From Chloroflexota bacterium (GTDB lineage Bacteria > Chloroflexota > Anaerolineae > Aggregatilineales > Phototrophicaceae), in NCBI GenBank assembly GCA_039200705.1, contig JBCCSC010000010.1, positions 50,272 through 114,271 on the forward strand: a stretch of DNA of 64,000 nucleotides, in the 5' to 3' direction. This document shows, piece after piece, positions 1-9,935 of this stretch (the first letter of the stretch is position 1; each line of letters opens with the position of its first letter). Below the pieces are notes generated by a model that had not been told where the DNA came from, did not search any database, and saw nothing but the letters and a program-made list of their open reading frames with translations. The translations under genes and the position numbers were made by a program.

Positions 1-1905
1 GAAGCCTTGCGTGCACTCAGTGATCGTGCTGGTGTGGAACTCAAGAAACGCTCCCCTGAACAACAAGCACAAGATAACCATCTTGATAAGCTCAGAGGAT
101 TACTAGAAACCGCCGAAAAATGGTATCATGAACATCTGCTCAGTGATGACCCTCAAGCAGAGCAAGCCTTGTTTTACGCAATTGATAAACGTGGTTTTAC
201 AGAAGCAACAATCCGCACATGGGCTATCGGTTATGCGCCTGGTGGTTGGCGTAGTATGTTAGATGCGCTTAAAGAAATTGGCTATGACGAAGATGATATT
301 GTCGAGGCAGGACTAGCCACACGTAACGACAAAGGCAATATCTATGACCGCTTCCGCAATCGCTTGATGATTCCCATTCATGATGATCGAGGGCGTGTTG
401 TTGGCTTTGGAGCGCGTGCGCTTGACCCAGACGACGAGCCTAAGTATCTCAATTCACCACAAACAGCTTTATTTGATAAAAGTCGTACCTTGTTTGGTTT
501 GCATCTGGCTAAAAATGCCATTCGAGATACTGACACAGCCGTCATCGTAGAAGGTTATATGGATGTTATCCAAGCCCATCAAGCAGGCTACGAAAATGTT
601 GTGGCTCAAATGGGAACCGCCATGACAGAATCGCAACTCAGTTTGATTGCACCTCGTTATGCCAAAAATATGGTTATGGCGTTAGATGCGGATGAAGCAG
701 GTCAAAATGCAACCCGTCGTAGCCTAGAAGTTGCGCGAACGGCTTTGCAAGCGGATTATATGGGTAAAATGTCAGTTGATATTCGTGTCCTACAAATTGA
801 TGATGCCAAAGACCCTGATGACGTTCTGCGCGAAACACCTGATAAATGGGCAGAATATGTTGCGAATGCCATGCCAGTTGCAGATTTCGTCATTGATATG
901 GAAACGGCTAGTTTAGATAGTAACGCCAGTGTCGCAACACGTCAGCAAGTGGCAGAATCAATTTTGCCGATTTTGACAGCATCAGAAAACAATCTGTACA
1001 CAAAGGACAACATTCAAAAATTAGCCCTCAAGTTGCGGATTCCTGAAAGTGACTTACTTGGATGGGCGCGTGAACTTCAACGTATTCAATCAGCCAAAAA
1101 GCCGAGATATACACCACCACCAAGGCAATATGATGATGATATGCCACCGCCATTATCAGATGAAGATTATCTCAACAATAGCAATGAAGAACCACCACCC
1201 TTTATAGGTGATTATGATGACTACGATGCACCACCATCTGACTTAGATGATTTACAGGTTCGGCAAATTGGTCAAAAATCGCAATCCGTTGTTCGACATC
1301 TGAGTAGCCGTAATGCAAGCCGAGCGACTGAGGCATATTGCTTGCGGATGCTACTGCTTGAACCAGCGACGATGGCACACGTTAATCGTAAGTTGCGTGA
1401 ACTAGCAGGTGAAAATCAACAATTATTGCAAGGTCCACTCAAAGCACTCTGCGTAGAAGATTTCAGCCAAGGTGATTATCGTATTTTACTAGAAGCACTC
1501 CAATCTGCCCTTCGTCAACACGACATGGAGCCGATGGATTATCTCGAACACGAGCTAGATGATAATTTGCTTAATGAATTGACAGCTTTGCTAACTGATG
1601 AACAACTCAATATTCATAGTCGTGTGAATATGCGCCTTGAAGGGGAATTTGAGCAAATTTGGAATGATTTTGTGCGTAGTATACGTCCAGGTATCGATAC
1701 ACAGCAAGATGTCATTCGACGTGCGCTAAAAGTGCGACATCAACGTTTAGCCCGTGAACAACAAGAAATACGGTTTTTGTTAGAGGATGCCCAACGTGCA
1801 CATGATGAAGCCTCTCAAAAAACGTATTTTGAACAAACAATTCCGACTATGCGAGCACTGAGGTTACTCCAACAAGAGTTAGATAATCGAACCTCCGCTT
1901 GGTAA
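1..1905 (+). CDS. dnaG: DNA primase DnaG, 5'-truncated by the window edge (zinc-finger region missing)
   Basis: The frame is open from base 1. TOPRIM motifs VIVEGYMDVI and ALDADEAGQNAT are present, as is the primase core KYLNSPQTALFDKS. It lies directly upstream of rpoD, as in the classical dnaG-rpoD arrangement. Confidence 0.9.
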   Translation, partial: EALRALSDRAGVELKKRSPEQQAQDNHLDKLRGLLETAEKWYHEHLLSDDPQAEQALFYAIDKRGFTEATIRTWAIGYAPGGWRSMLDALKEIGYDEDDIVEAGLATRNDKGNIYDRFRNRLMIPIHDDRGRVVGFGARALDPDDEPKYLNSPQTALFDKSRTLFGLHLAKNAIRDTDTAVIVEGYMDVIQAHQAGYENVVAQMGTAMTESQLSLIAPRYAKNMVMALDADEAGQNATRRSLEVARTALQADYMGKMSVDIRVLQIDDAKDPDDVLRETPDKWAEYVANAMPVADFVIDMETASLDSNASVATRQQVAESILPILTASENNLYTKDNIQKLALKLRIPESDLLGWARELQRIQSAKKPRYTPPPRQYDDDMPPPLSDEDYLNNSNEEPPPFIGDYDDYDAPPSDLDDLQVRQIGQKSQSVVRHLSSRNASRATEAYCLRMLLLEPATMAHVNRKLRELAGENQQLLQGPLKALCVEDFSQGDYRILLEALQSALRQHDMEPMDYLEHELDDNLLNELTALLTDEQLNIHSRVNMRLEGEFEQIWNDFVRSIRPGIDTQQDVIRRALKVRHQRLAREQQEIRFLLEDAQRAHDEASQKTYFEQTIPTMRALRLLQQELDNRTSAW

Positions 1906-1988
1906 TACTGAGGTAGCAGACCCTTAAAAAAGGGGGTATGCTAGTAGCACTTGTTCCATCCTGCCCACCAATATCTTGGGATGAAAAT

Positions 1989-3584
1989 ATGAGTAATAAA
2001 GATATCCGTGATGCAATCAACGCATACGAAAGTGATGATGACGATAGCGAGAATGAGTTCATTCGCAAATTGCGTAAAGACTTGCCTGATGAACTCGTTT
2101 CAAATACGTCTGACGATGATGATTACGATGACGACGATGATGATTACGACGATGGCGATTTAACAGCACTCGCCCCTGCGGATGACCCTGTTCGCATGTA
2201 TCTCAAAGAGATAGGGCAAGTGCCATTGCTCGATACTAATCGTGAGATGTGGTTAAGTGCCCAAATCGCTACAGAACGTCTCTTGAATGATTTAATTGAT
2301 GACTTAGCTAGTCTCGACCGTCTTGATGACGAAGATAGTGAAGGCTTGCCAAGTCCAATTGATATTGTACGCCATGCTTTCCAGTATCTTTCTAAAGAAT
2401 GGTCTGAGACCGAGCAAATGATAGGTGAGTTTGAACATGACTTACCAGACTTCCGTGCTTTCGTTGATGAGATACAAAAAATTAACAGCAATTGGGATCA
2501 AGATAGCGATTCAGCCATTCGCAGTTACTTTAAACAAGGTAACTGGGGCAGTGGTGGTAGTGACGATGATTGGACGGAATATGCTAAGAAGATGTTCAAT
2601 GTCGTTCATGCTATTGGTCTATTGCCCTTTGAGTTACAAATGGAATTGCGTGGTTACTTCCGTGAGCATAAATCAATGCCTGATCTGCCAACATTCACAG
2701 GCTGGCTTGAAGATATGGAAGACCCACTTGATGAAACACAATACACCTTAGAACAAGTCGAATTTCGGGCAGAAATGGCTGTCGAATCATTGACTCGCGC
2801 TAACTTGCGACTTGTTGTCAGTGTTGCTAAACGCTATATGGGACGCGGTATTAGCTTCTTAGATTTGATCCAAGAAGGGAATATTGGTCTATTACGGGCA
2901 GTCGCTAAATTCGACCATACCAAAGGCTATAAGTTCAGTACCTATGCGACATGGTGGATTCGCCAAGCGATTAGCCGCGCCATTGCTGACCAAGCCCGCA
3001 CGATTCGCATCCCTGTACATATGGTGGAAACCATTAATCGTCTGATGCGCGTTCAGCGTGAATTGTTGCAGAAATTAGGGGCTGACCCCAGCGCAGAACA
3101 AATCGCCCTCGAAATGGATTTCCTCTCGACTGAAGAAATCGAAGCGATTAAATTGCTACGCCGTCAAGGGCATCCACTAGACCAATCCTTGCAACGTAAA
3201 TTGCGTCGTGCTGCCCAAAAAGTACGTAAAATTATGCGTATTTCTCAAGAACCCATGAGTCTTGATATGCCAATCGGTCAGGAAGATAGCAGTCAACTTG
3301 GTGATTTCATTGAAGATGAAACTATGCCAGGTCCCGTTGATGCTGCCAGTAAGCAATTACTGAAAGAACAAATTCGTAATGCACTTGGGGTTCTTTCAGA
3401 CCGCGAACGCGAAGTATTACAAATGCGCTTTGGTCTCATTGATGGTCAAGACCATACACTAGAAGAAGTGGGCAAACACTTTGGTGTTACACGCGAACGG
3501 ATTCGCCAAATTGAAGCAAAGGCCCTACGGAAATTACGTCATCCAACACGCAGTCGTCAACTACGTGACTATCTCGAAATCTAA
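1989..3584 (+). CDS. rpoD: Primary RNA polymerase sigma-70 factor (RpoD/SigA)
   Basis: Region 1.2 is [16 protein letters not shown], region 2 is [32 protein letters not shown], and region 4.2 is [31 protein letters not shown] moved the start to ATG 1989 (MSNKDIRD); the ORF track starts at 1938. Synteny with dnaG supports the call. Confidence 0.9.
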   Translation: MSNKDIRDAINAYESDDDDSENEFIRKLRKDLPDELVSNTSDDDDYDDDDDDYDDGDLTALAPADDPVRMYLKEIGQVPLLDTNREMWLSAQIATERLLNDLIDDLASLDRLDDEDSEGLPSPIDIVRHAFQYLSKEWSETEQMIGEFEHDLPDFRAFVDEIQKINSNWDQDSDSAIRSYFKQGNWGSGGSDDDWTEYAKKMFNVVHAIGLLPFELQMELRGYFREHKSMPDLPTFTGWLEDMEDPLDETQYTLEQVEFRAEMAVESLTRANLRLVVSVAKRYMGRGISFLDLIQEGNIGLLRAVAKFDHTKGYKFSTYATWWIRQAISRAIADQARTIRIPVHMVETINRLMRVQRELLQKLGADPSAEQIALEMDFLSTEEIEAIKLLRRQGHPLDQSLQRKLRRAAQKVRKIMRISQEPMSLDMPIGQEDSSQLGDFIEDETMPGPVDAASKQLLKEQIRNALGVLSDREREVLQMRFGLIDGQDHTLEEVGKHFGVTRERIRQIEAKALRKLRHPTRSRQLRDYLEI

Positions 3585-3609
3585 AAATAGGGGGCATCTG
3601 CTCCCTTCT

Positions 3610-4170
3610 CTAGCTCACATCCTCAGAGAAAATGTCACCGACTATAAGCGAGAATCCTTTTAAAACAGCACCCCCGTCTAATTTATCTTTCTTGTTAAGG
3701 ATGCGTACTTTTTCACCAGCCACGTAAACTTCAATTTGCTTCTTATCAGGACGAACAACCCATACCATTGTGCCGACAGACAAATAATTCGCTACCTTAA
3801 TTCTCAAGTTTCGGTCACTGTCTGATGGTGACATAACTTCAATTGCTAAGTCAGGATGATTAGAATTGTATGCTTCATGGGAAGGTTTCTCTTGACGGGC
3901 AGATGATATATATGCCACATCAGGAATATAACGTTCACCTGCAATGACGTAACCACCATCCGCTCCTGTGATATGTCCTTCAAGATTATTTTCTTTCATG
4001 AATAATCGGATATGAAATCCAATCTCAAACGCTATTTTTGACGAATAATTATTAGAAACCACTTCAACAATTTCTCCCCCAATGTATTCATAAGACAGTC
4101 CATCGTTTTCTGGCAGAAAAATCCATTCATCGAATGTGTCCACAGACATCTGTGTCGTCGGAATTGTCAT
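3610..4170 (-). CDS. Uma2-family (DUF820) PD-(D/E)xK-like endonuclease
   Basis: The typical Uma2 layout is present: YEYIGGEIVEV near the N-terminus and PDLAIEVMSPSD in the core. The start is taken at MTIPTTQ (4170); the ORF track extends to 4200. Confidence 0.7.
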   Translation of the reverse strand: MTIPTTQMSVDTFDEWIFLPENDGLSYEYIGGEIVEVVSNNYSSKIAFEIGFHIRLFMKENNLEGHITGADGGYVIAGERYIPDVAYISSARQEKPSHEAYNSNHPDLAIEVMSPSDSDRNLRIKVANYLSVGTMVWVVRPDKKQIEVYVAGEKVRILNKKDKLDGGAVLKGFSLIVGDIFSEDVS

Positions 4171-4256
4171 AATAAACTCCTCGTCTATACATAACGTCAT
4201 TGTACCATATCTATGCTATAGTGACGGAAACACACTCAGCTAGAAAGACACTGTAT

Positions 4257-5228
4257 ATGCCACCGCAAACTCCTACATACTGCCCAATTTGTGGCGAAAC
4301 TTTGATTGAACGAGAAGAAGGTGGTAGAGTGCGCCCTGCCTGTGATAATTGTGGCTATGTTCATTATGTCAATCCTGTGCCTGGAGTAGGTATGTTGATT
4401 GAGATGGATGGGGGTGTCGTACTCATTCAGCGTGGGCATCCACCACACCAAGGCGAATGGACTTTGCCAAGTGGATTTGTCGAAGCAGATGAATCTGCCG
4501 AAGAAGCAGCCATTCGCGAAGCAGAGGAAGAAACAGGTCTGAAAGTCGAAATCATTGAGCTAGCCAATATCAACAGTTTCCCAGAAGGTCCACCTGTCAG
4601 TGGTATCATGATTTTTTATCGGATGCGCCCGATTGGTGGCACGCTACAAGCAGGTGACGATGCTGTTGATGCTAAAGTTTTTCAGCCTGATGAAATGCCA
4701 TTGCTTCCATTTCGTACTCATCGTGAGATGATGACCGAATGGCTTGAGAAATATAGCGAACAAATCGGGAAGAAGCCTTCACGCCAATCGGCTGAAATTC
4801 AAATCCGTCCTTTTACAGTCAAAGATACTGATGCCGTTTTATCTCTGTTGATGACAATTGCGAATAATCGTAGTCTGACTCATGAGGAAATGGTTGCTGT
4901 TGCCCTAAGAATGGCAGAATTAGACAGTGTCGAAGTCTACGTTGCTGAAACAGGTGAGATACAACCCTCTGTGATAGGGTATATATCGCTAACAATCATT
5001 CGTGGCCTAACTGACAGTGTAGGCATGGTCAGTAGTATGGCAGTCTCACCAACCTACCAGCGACGAGGGGTCGGGGCAGAATTGCTAGAAGCAGTCATGC
5101 GTCGGGCAACACAACTCAACCTACGTGCATTATGGGTAGATACTTCCCAAGCGAATAATCAAGCACGTGCTTTTTATGCTGCTCTAGGCTTCGAGGACTT
5201 AGAAATTTTACGCTTGAAACTCCGATAA
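4257..5228 (+). CDS. Zinc-ribbon NUDIX hydrolase fused to a C-terminal GNAT acetyltransferase domain
   Basis: A CPICG..(17)..CDNCG zinc ribbon is followed by a complete Nudix box, GFVEADESAEEAAIREAEEETGL. The C-terminal GNAT motif is QRRGVGAELLEAVM...ARAFYAALGFE. The start is taken at ATG 4257 (MPPQTPTYCP). Confidence 0.75.
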   Translation: MPPQTPTYCPICGETLIEREEGGRVRPACDNCGYVHYVNPVPGVGMLIEMDGGVVLIQRGHPPHQGEWTLPSGFVEADESAEEAAIREAEEETGLKVEIIELANINSFPEGPPVSGIMIFYRMRPIGGTLQAGDDAVDAKVFQPDEMPLLPFRTHREMMTEWLEKYSEQIGKKPSRQSAEIQIRPFTVKDTDAVLSLLMTIANNRSLTHEEMVAVALRMAELDSVEVYVAETGEIQPSVIGYISLTIIRGLTDSVGMVSSMAVSPTYQRRGVGAELLEAVMRRATQLNLRALWVDTSQANNQARAFYAALGFEDLEILRLKLR

Positions 5229-5271
5229 AATATTCGATAGCCAATATTAAAATCAAAAATTATAAATACTA

Positions 5272-5305
5272 ACGGCGGTTTCTTTGTCTGAAACTGCTGT
5301 TTCTT
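5272..5305 (+). terminator. Candidate intrinsic terminator after the NUDIX-GNAT gene
   Basis: An 11-bp stem (acggcggtttc / gaaactgctgt, two G-U pairs) with a 7-nt loop is followed by ttctt. Confidence 0.55.
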
Positions 5306-5347
5306 ATATAGTCAAAGTATTGATTTTTAGTATGGAGGGGAAGCATT

Positions 5348-6388
5348 ATGAAACCAAATCATCATGATGATAAACCCAAGCGACAGTCTAACTGGCGAGA
5401 GCGTATTGCAACACCACAACGCCTTGCAGACCTTTTTATTCAACAAGGTTTACCAGAGTCAGCTTGGCAACCAGCACAGGCATTAGCAGGTTTTGTGCCC
5501 ACAAAAAAAGAGTGGTTACGGTATCTCAATCTCATTTTGACTGGTCTAGGCACAATTTTCATCCTTGCAGGGATTGTATTTTTCTTTGCCTTTAACTGGG
5601 ATGACCTTGGGCGTTTTCAGCGATTTGCTGTCGTTGAAGGGGCAGTCATCATCACAACTTTACTAGCATTTGTCCTCAACCTTGATAAATGGGCTGGCAA
5701 ACTAGCACTGGCTGCATCGTCAATTTTACTAGGCGTTGCGCTGGCTGTTGTTGGTCAAGAATATCAAACAGGTGCTGATAGCTATCGGCTATTCATGATT
5801 TGGACGATGCTCATCACAGGGTGGGTGCTGATTAGTCGCTGGAATGTCATGTATCTCATTTGGATGATTCTGCTCAATGTGACTATCACATTGTATTGGG
5901 AACAAGTCATTTATAGTGATTGGTCAAATTTGAACCTGATTCTACTAGCTATCAATGCGAGTTTTGTATTTCTCTGGGAAATTATCGGTTCACGGACACA
6001 ATGGTCGTTCATGACAGAGGGGCGTTGGTTTTTATATCTGCTGATGACAATTGCACTCGGACATGCCACATCCCTCGCAGTAGACGCGATTTTTGGAAGT
6101 ATTTTCACAGACGGTGCACAAATTCTGCAACCGATTGCCTACGTGGTTCTGATTGGTTTAACGGTGGCGTACTTCTCAATTATTAAGCGTGATTTGTTGA
6201 TGATAACACTAGCGAGCTTTAGTTTGCTGATAGTGACAATTGCAGGTGCTGGGCAAACATTATCAGATGTAATTTCTGATGGCATCGCCTTCTTCTTCAT
6301 GATGACCATTATCACAATTGGTACAACATCATTGATGGCGATTGGCTTACGAATACTTAACCAACGTTGGGAGGTGGATTATGAGTAA
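5348..6388 (+). CDS. Polytopic membrane protein, DUF2157-like
   Basis: A strong SD (ggagggga) precedes the start. A soluble N-terminus of about 55 aa is followed by many TM helices. It is first in a three-gene overlapping unit with a GDYXXLXY protein. The family assignment is from memory. Confidence 0.55.
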   Translation: MKPNHHDDKPKRQSNWRERIATPQRLADLFIQQGLPESAWQPAQALAGFVPTKKEWLRYLNLILTGLGTIFILAGIVFFFAFNWDDLGRFQRFAVVEGAVIITTLLAFVLNLDKWAGKLALAASSILLGVALAVVGQEYQTGADSYRLFMIWTMLITGWVLISRWNVMYLIWMILLNVTITLYWEQVIYSDWSNLNLILLAINASFVFLWEIIGSRTQWSFMTEGRWFLYLLMTIALGHATSLAVDAIFGSIFTDGAQILQPIAYVVLIGLTVAYFSIIKRDLLMITLASFSLLIVTIAGAGQTLSDVISDGIAFFFMMTIITIGTTSLMAIGLRILNQRWEVDYE

Positions 6389-7505
6389 CCGTGCATCACT
6401 AGGACATATCTACGACCAATTAAAGCAGGATGGCTATATTGATAGTGACGCGATGCTCCAGCAACAAGATGACGATAAGACAAATCCTTGGTTTATCGAA
6501 GGCTTGATGGGCTGTGGAGGCTGGATTGCCGCATTCTTTTTGCTAGGTACTATCAGCATTTGTATTACAACAGTATTCACAGCCCTAGATGAAACCACCA
6601 TTGGCTTTACTCTGATGGTCATAGGGGTGATTCTCACTGTTGGAACAGTTGCCTTTAACCGCTTCCGAAAGGATAGCGGGGTATTTGTCAGTCAATTATC
6701 ACTGATGATACACATCGCAGGACAATCAGCTTTCTTCGGTGGTTTGTTCGTCGCATTTGCTTTATGGCGTGAAGATAGCACTATCGTATCAGCCCTTGCG
6801 ATTTTGATTACGATGCAAGTGATATTCATCTGGCTATATCCTAACGTGATTTATCGTTTCATCGCTATGTTAGTGATTGCTGGTAGTGTTATCGCAATTG
6901 ATAGTACCATCACTGTGCCGATTCTCAATTCAATTGTAGTAGGCATCTTGTTCCTACTAGCCAGCTTAATCTGGCTTGACCGTTTGCCTGTGCAATGGCA
7001 ATTCAAACAAATGCGATTGTGGCATCCTGTCGCATATGGTTCAGTCATTGGTGCACTAGGGATTTTAATCTATGAAATTAGCAATCGCTTCTATCTGGAT
7101 ATTCCCTCGTCAACTGCTCACATCACAGGTGGCTTATTGACTGCTGGATTGCTGCTACTTATCGTTACTTTACTCCGTGACTATGAAATTGTGCTTACAT
7201 CGCCCTTTGCTATCGCTGTGTTAGTCTTTGCGACAATCGTCAGTGTGATTGTCATCAGCACACCTGGAATTATTGCTGGCATCGTTGTTATTCTGCTAGC
7301 ATTCCGTCGCCGTAACGTCATTCTGCAAGGGATTGGTTATGGTTTCCTCGCAGGATTCATCGTCTACTACTATTACTGGCTGGATGTCTCTCTGCTGATG
7401 AAATCGATTATTCTCGTTGTGACAGGTGTTGTGTTGCTGGTAGGTCGCTTTGGGCTCAATCAATTGGTGACAATACCTGATGCAAAGAAAGGAATTTCCG
7501 CATGA
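6381..7505 (+). CDS. Polytopic membrane protein, DUF4401-like
   Basis: The start is ATG 6381, preceded by ggaggtgg, and overlaps the previous stop by 8 nt. It has more than 10 hydrophobic segments. The family assignment is from memory. Confidence 0.5.
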   Translation: MSNRASLGHIYDQLKQDGYIDSDAMLQQQDDDKTNPWFIEGLMGCGGWIAAFFLLGTISICITTVFTALDETTIGFTLMVIGVILTVGTVAFNRFRKDSGVFVSQLSLMIHIAGQSAFFGGLFVAFALWREDSTIVSALAILITMQVIFIWLYPNVIYRFIAMLVIAGSVIAIDSTITVPILNSIVVGILFLLASLIWLDRLPVQWQFKQMRLWHPVAYGSVIGALGILIYEISNRFYLDIPSSTAHITGGLLTAGLLLLIVTLLRDYEIVLTSPFAIAVLVFATIVSVIVISTPGIIAGIVVILLAFRRRNVILQGIGYGFLAGFIVYYYYWLDVSLLMKSIILVVTGVVLLVGRFGLNQLVTIPDAKKGISA

Positions 7506-8002
7506 AAATGATACGTGTTGCTATCTTGTTCGGAACACTAGCAGTGTTCTTGTATCTCATCAATTCAGGAATTGCATCATCAGAACGCAATATCGCAGAA
7601 GGCTTACCTGCTTATCTCGAATTAGCTCCTGTTGATCCGCGCTCACTGATTCAAGGCGATTATATGACGCTCTCCTATGCCGTTGAACGTGATATTCGTA
7701 ACAGTGATGTCGATTATGAAGACCGAGGACAAGTCGTGTTGACCTTAGACGAAAACCAAGTCGCTACTTTTGAAAGCTTCTATGAAGAAGGTCAGACATT
7801 GGAAGCAAATCAAGTTGTTGTCAATTACAAAGCACGAAATGCGTGGCGTGTGCAAGTGGGTGTTGATTCATTTTTCTTCCAAGAAGGGCAAGCGGAAGAT
7901 TATGAGATAGCCGAATATGCCGAAGTTCGTATCTTAGAAGGTGGTGGCGTGATGCTCATTAATCTCGCTGATGAAAATCTGCAAACTATCAATCCTCAAT
8001 AA
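7502..8002 (+). CDS. GDYXXLXY domain protein (N-terminal TM anchor)
   Basis: The literal motif GDYMTLSY is present. There is a single N-terminal TM, and the start overlaps the upstream gene by ATGA. Confidence 0.7.
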   Translation: MKMIRVAILFGTLAVFLYLINSGIASSERNIAEGLPAYLELAPVDPRSLIQGDYMTLSYAVERDIRNSDVDYEDRGQVVLTLDENQVATFESFYEEGQTLEANQVVVNYKARNAWRVQVGVDSFFFQEGQAEDYEIAEYAEVRILEGGGVMLINLADENLQTINPQ

Positions 8003-8012
8003 TAATACACTT

Positions 8013-8041
8013 CAGAGGCATGATGATGAGTCATGTCTCTG
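8013..8041 (+). terminator. Candidate hairpin terminator after the GDYXXLXY gene
   Basis: Stem cagaggcatga / tcatgtctctg (11 bp, one G-U) with loop tgatgag. The downstream T-tract is weak. Confidence 0.35.
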
Positions 8042-8078
8042 ATTAGTTGTCCTTCTCAGTAAATTCAGTCTTTAATGC

Positions 8079-8120
8079 AAATTGTACAAAAAATTTACGC
8101 TTGAATTGTGCAAATTACGC
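8079..8120 (+). repeat. Imperfect tandem direct repeat overlapping the ald promoter region
   Basis: AAATTGTACAAAAAATTTACGC (8079-8100) and GAATTGTGCAAATTACGC (8103-8120) lie immediately 5' of TATAAT at 8121-8126. Confidence 0.5.
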
Positions 8121-8161
8121 TATAATGTTTTAAAACAATATTAAATACGAAAGGTAGCGTA

Positions 8162-9295
8162 ATGAAAATAGGCATTCCAGCAGAAATCAAAAAAGATGAA
8201 AATCGTGTGTCATTACCTCCAAATGGTGTCGCAGAATTAGTCAAACACGGACACACAGTTTTTGTTGAACAAGATGCTGGTCGTGGCAGTGGTTTTAGCA
8301 ATGAAAATTATCAATCGGTTGGCGCGACGATTTTATCGACTGCGAAAGAAACATGGTCGCAATCAGACTTAATTATTAAAGTAAAAGAACCTCAAGCAAG
8401 CGAATACTCCTTTTTACGAGATGACCTTATTCTATTTACATACTTACATCTAGCTGCTGATGAATCCTTAACTCGTGCGATGTTGGATAGTGGTGTGACA
8501 GGCATTGCTTACGAAACAGTCGAAGACCGAGCGAGACGCTTGCCTTTGCTTGAACCGATGAGTGAAGTTGCTGGGCGTATGGCTTCTCAAGTGGTAGCAC
8601 ATTATCTCGAAAAACATGCTGGTGGAAGAGGTGTGCTGATGGGAGGAATCCCTGGCGTTAATCCAGCGCATGTGGTGGTACTTGGTGGTGGCACAGTTGG
8701 GACAAATGCAGCTAAAGTTGCGCTTGGTATGGGTGCACGAGTCACCTTACTAGATGTCAATCTGGAACGAATGCGTTATCTCGATGATGTGATGCGTGGT
8801 AACTTCCAAACGCTCTACAGCAACTCTGCCAATATCCAACAAGTGATTCAATCTGCCGATGCAGTCATTGGAAGTGTCTTAATTACAGGCGCACGCGCAC
8901 CGAAGCTCATCACCAGAGAAATGCTCACTGACATGCCAGATGGTAGCATCATTGTAGATGTAGCTGTTGACCAAGGTGGTTGCGTCGAAACGACACATCC
9001 AACAACACATAGCGACCCAACTTATTTTGTCGATGGTGTTTTGCATTATGGTGTCGCCAATATGCCAGGGGCTGTACCACGCACCAGTAGTCTTGGCTTA
9101 TCAAATGCTACTCTGCGCTATATTGTCCAACTTGCCAATAATGGCTTAGATGTTTTGCACGCTGATGAAGGCTTCCTCAAAGGCTTGAATACGTATAATG
9201 GGCATCTAACCTACAAAGGTGTGAGTGATGCCTTCAATCTACCATACGCTGACCCATCATCTGTCCTCGCTAAAGTACCAACTCCAATGATTTAA
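8162..9295 (+). CDS. ald: Alanine dehydrogenase
   Basis: The N-terminus MKIGIPAEIKKDENRVSLPPNGV is typical, the Rossmann motif VVVLGGGTVGTNAA is present, and the length is 377 aa. Confidence 0.9.
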   Translation: MKIGIPAEIKKDENRVSLPPNGVAELVKHGHTVFVEQDAGRGSGFSNENYQSVGATILSTAKETWSQSDLIIKVKEPQASEYSFLRDDLILFTYLHLAADESLTRAMLDSGVTGIAYETVEDRARRLPLLEPMSEVAGRMASQVVAHYLEKHAGGRGVLMGGIPGVNPAHVVVLGGGTVGTNAAKVALGMGARVTLLDVNLERMRYLDDVMRGNFQTLYSNSANIQQVIQSADAVIGSVLITGARAPKLITREMLTDMPDGSIIVDVAVDQGGCVETTHPTTHSDPTYFVDGVLHYGVANMPGAVPRTSSLGLSNATLRYIVQLANNGLDVLHADEGFLKGLNTYNGHLTYKGVSDAFNLPYADPSSVLAKVPTPMI

Positions 9296-9303
9296 ATTCT
9301 CTC

Positions 9304-9332
9304 GGAGTGATAGCTGATAAGACTATCACTCC
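9304..9332 (+). terminator. Hairpin after ald
   Basis: A perfect 10-bp stem ggagtgatag / ctatcactcc with a 9-nt loop. No clear T-tract follows. Confidence 0.4.
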
Positions 9333-9392
9333 TTGCATAACATCTCACTTGGCTGTAGGCTGAAATTACACAACAGATAAAGAGAGACAATC

Positions 9393-9935
9393 ATGCGCGC
9401 AAAATTGTTTGTGCTTCTATTTGCTTTGATAACGTTTACAGCAATTCTACTAGATCAGTCTCATCCACATCCTGACCGTGCTATTGCTGTAGATATGTTC
9501 AACCAAGCAGGGGATAAAGTTGGTGTGATTGTGATTCAACCTGTCGCACAAAATCGTGTTCTTGTGACAGCCAATATGCGCGAGTTGACAACAGGCTTTC
9601 ACGGATTCCATATCCATGAAACAGGCATCTGTGAAGGTGATTTCACTAGCGCCAATGGTCACTTTGACTTACATGGTCATAATCACGGAGAACATTCAGG
9701 CGATTTACCACCACTTGAAGCCGACGAAACAGGGCGTGCATTTCTAGCGGTTCATACATCACGCTTTCACTTTAGCGATTTATTTGATGCTGATGGAAGT
9801 TCGTTTATTGTTCATGCAGGGGCTGATAATCTAGCGAATATTCCAGAACGTTATGGTGGCGCAGATGCAACCACACTGGTGAATGGTGATGCTGGAGCAC
9901 GTGTAGCTTGTGGGGTTATTGCTGAACCTCAATAA
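9393..9935 (+). CDS. sodC: Cu/Zn superoxide dismutase with signal peptide
   Basis: Metal-ligand motif GFHGFHIHETGIC, plus HGEHSGDLPPL and the C-terminal GDAGARVACGVI. The N-terminus is hydrophobic. Confidence 0.85.
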   Translation: MRAKLFVLLFALITFTAILLDQSHPHPDRAIAVDMFNQAGDKVGVIVIQPVAQNRVLVTANMRELTTGFHGFHIHETGICEGDFTSANGHFDLHGHNHGEHSGDLPPLEADETGRAFLAVHTSRFHFSDLFDADGSSFIVHAGADNLANIPERYGGADATTLVNGDAGARVACGVIAEPQ

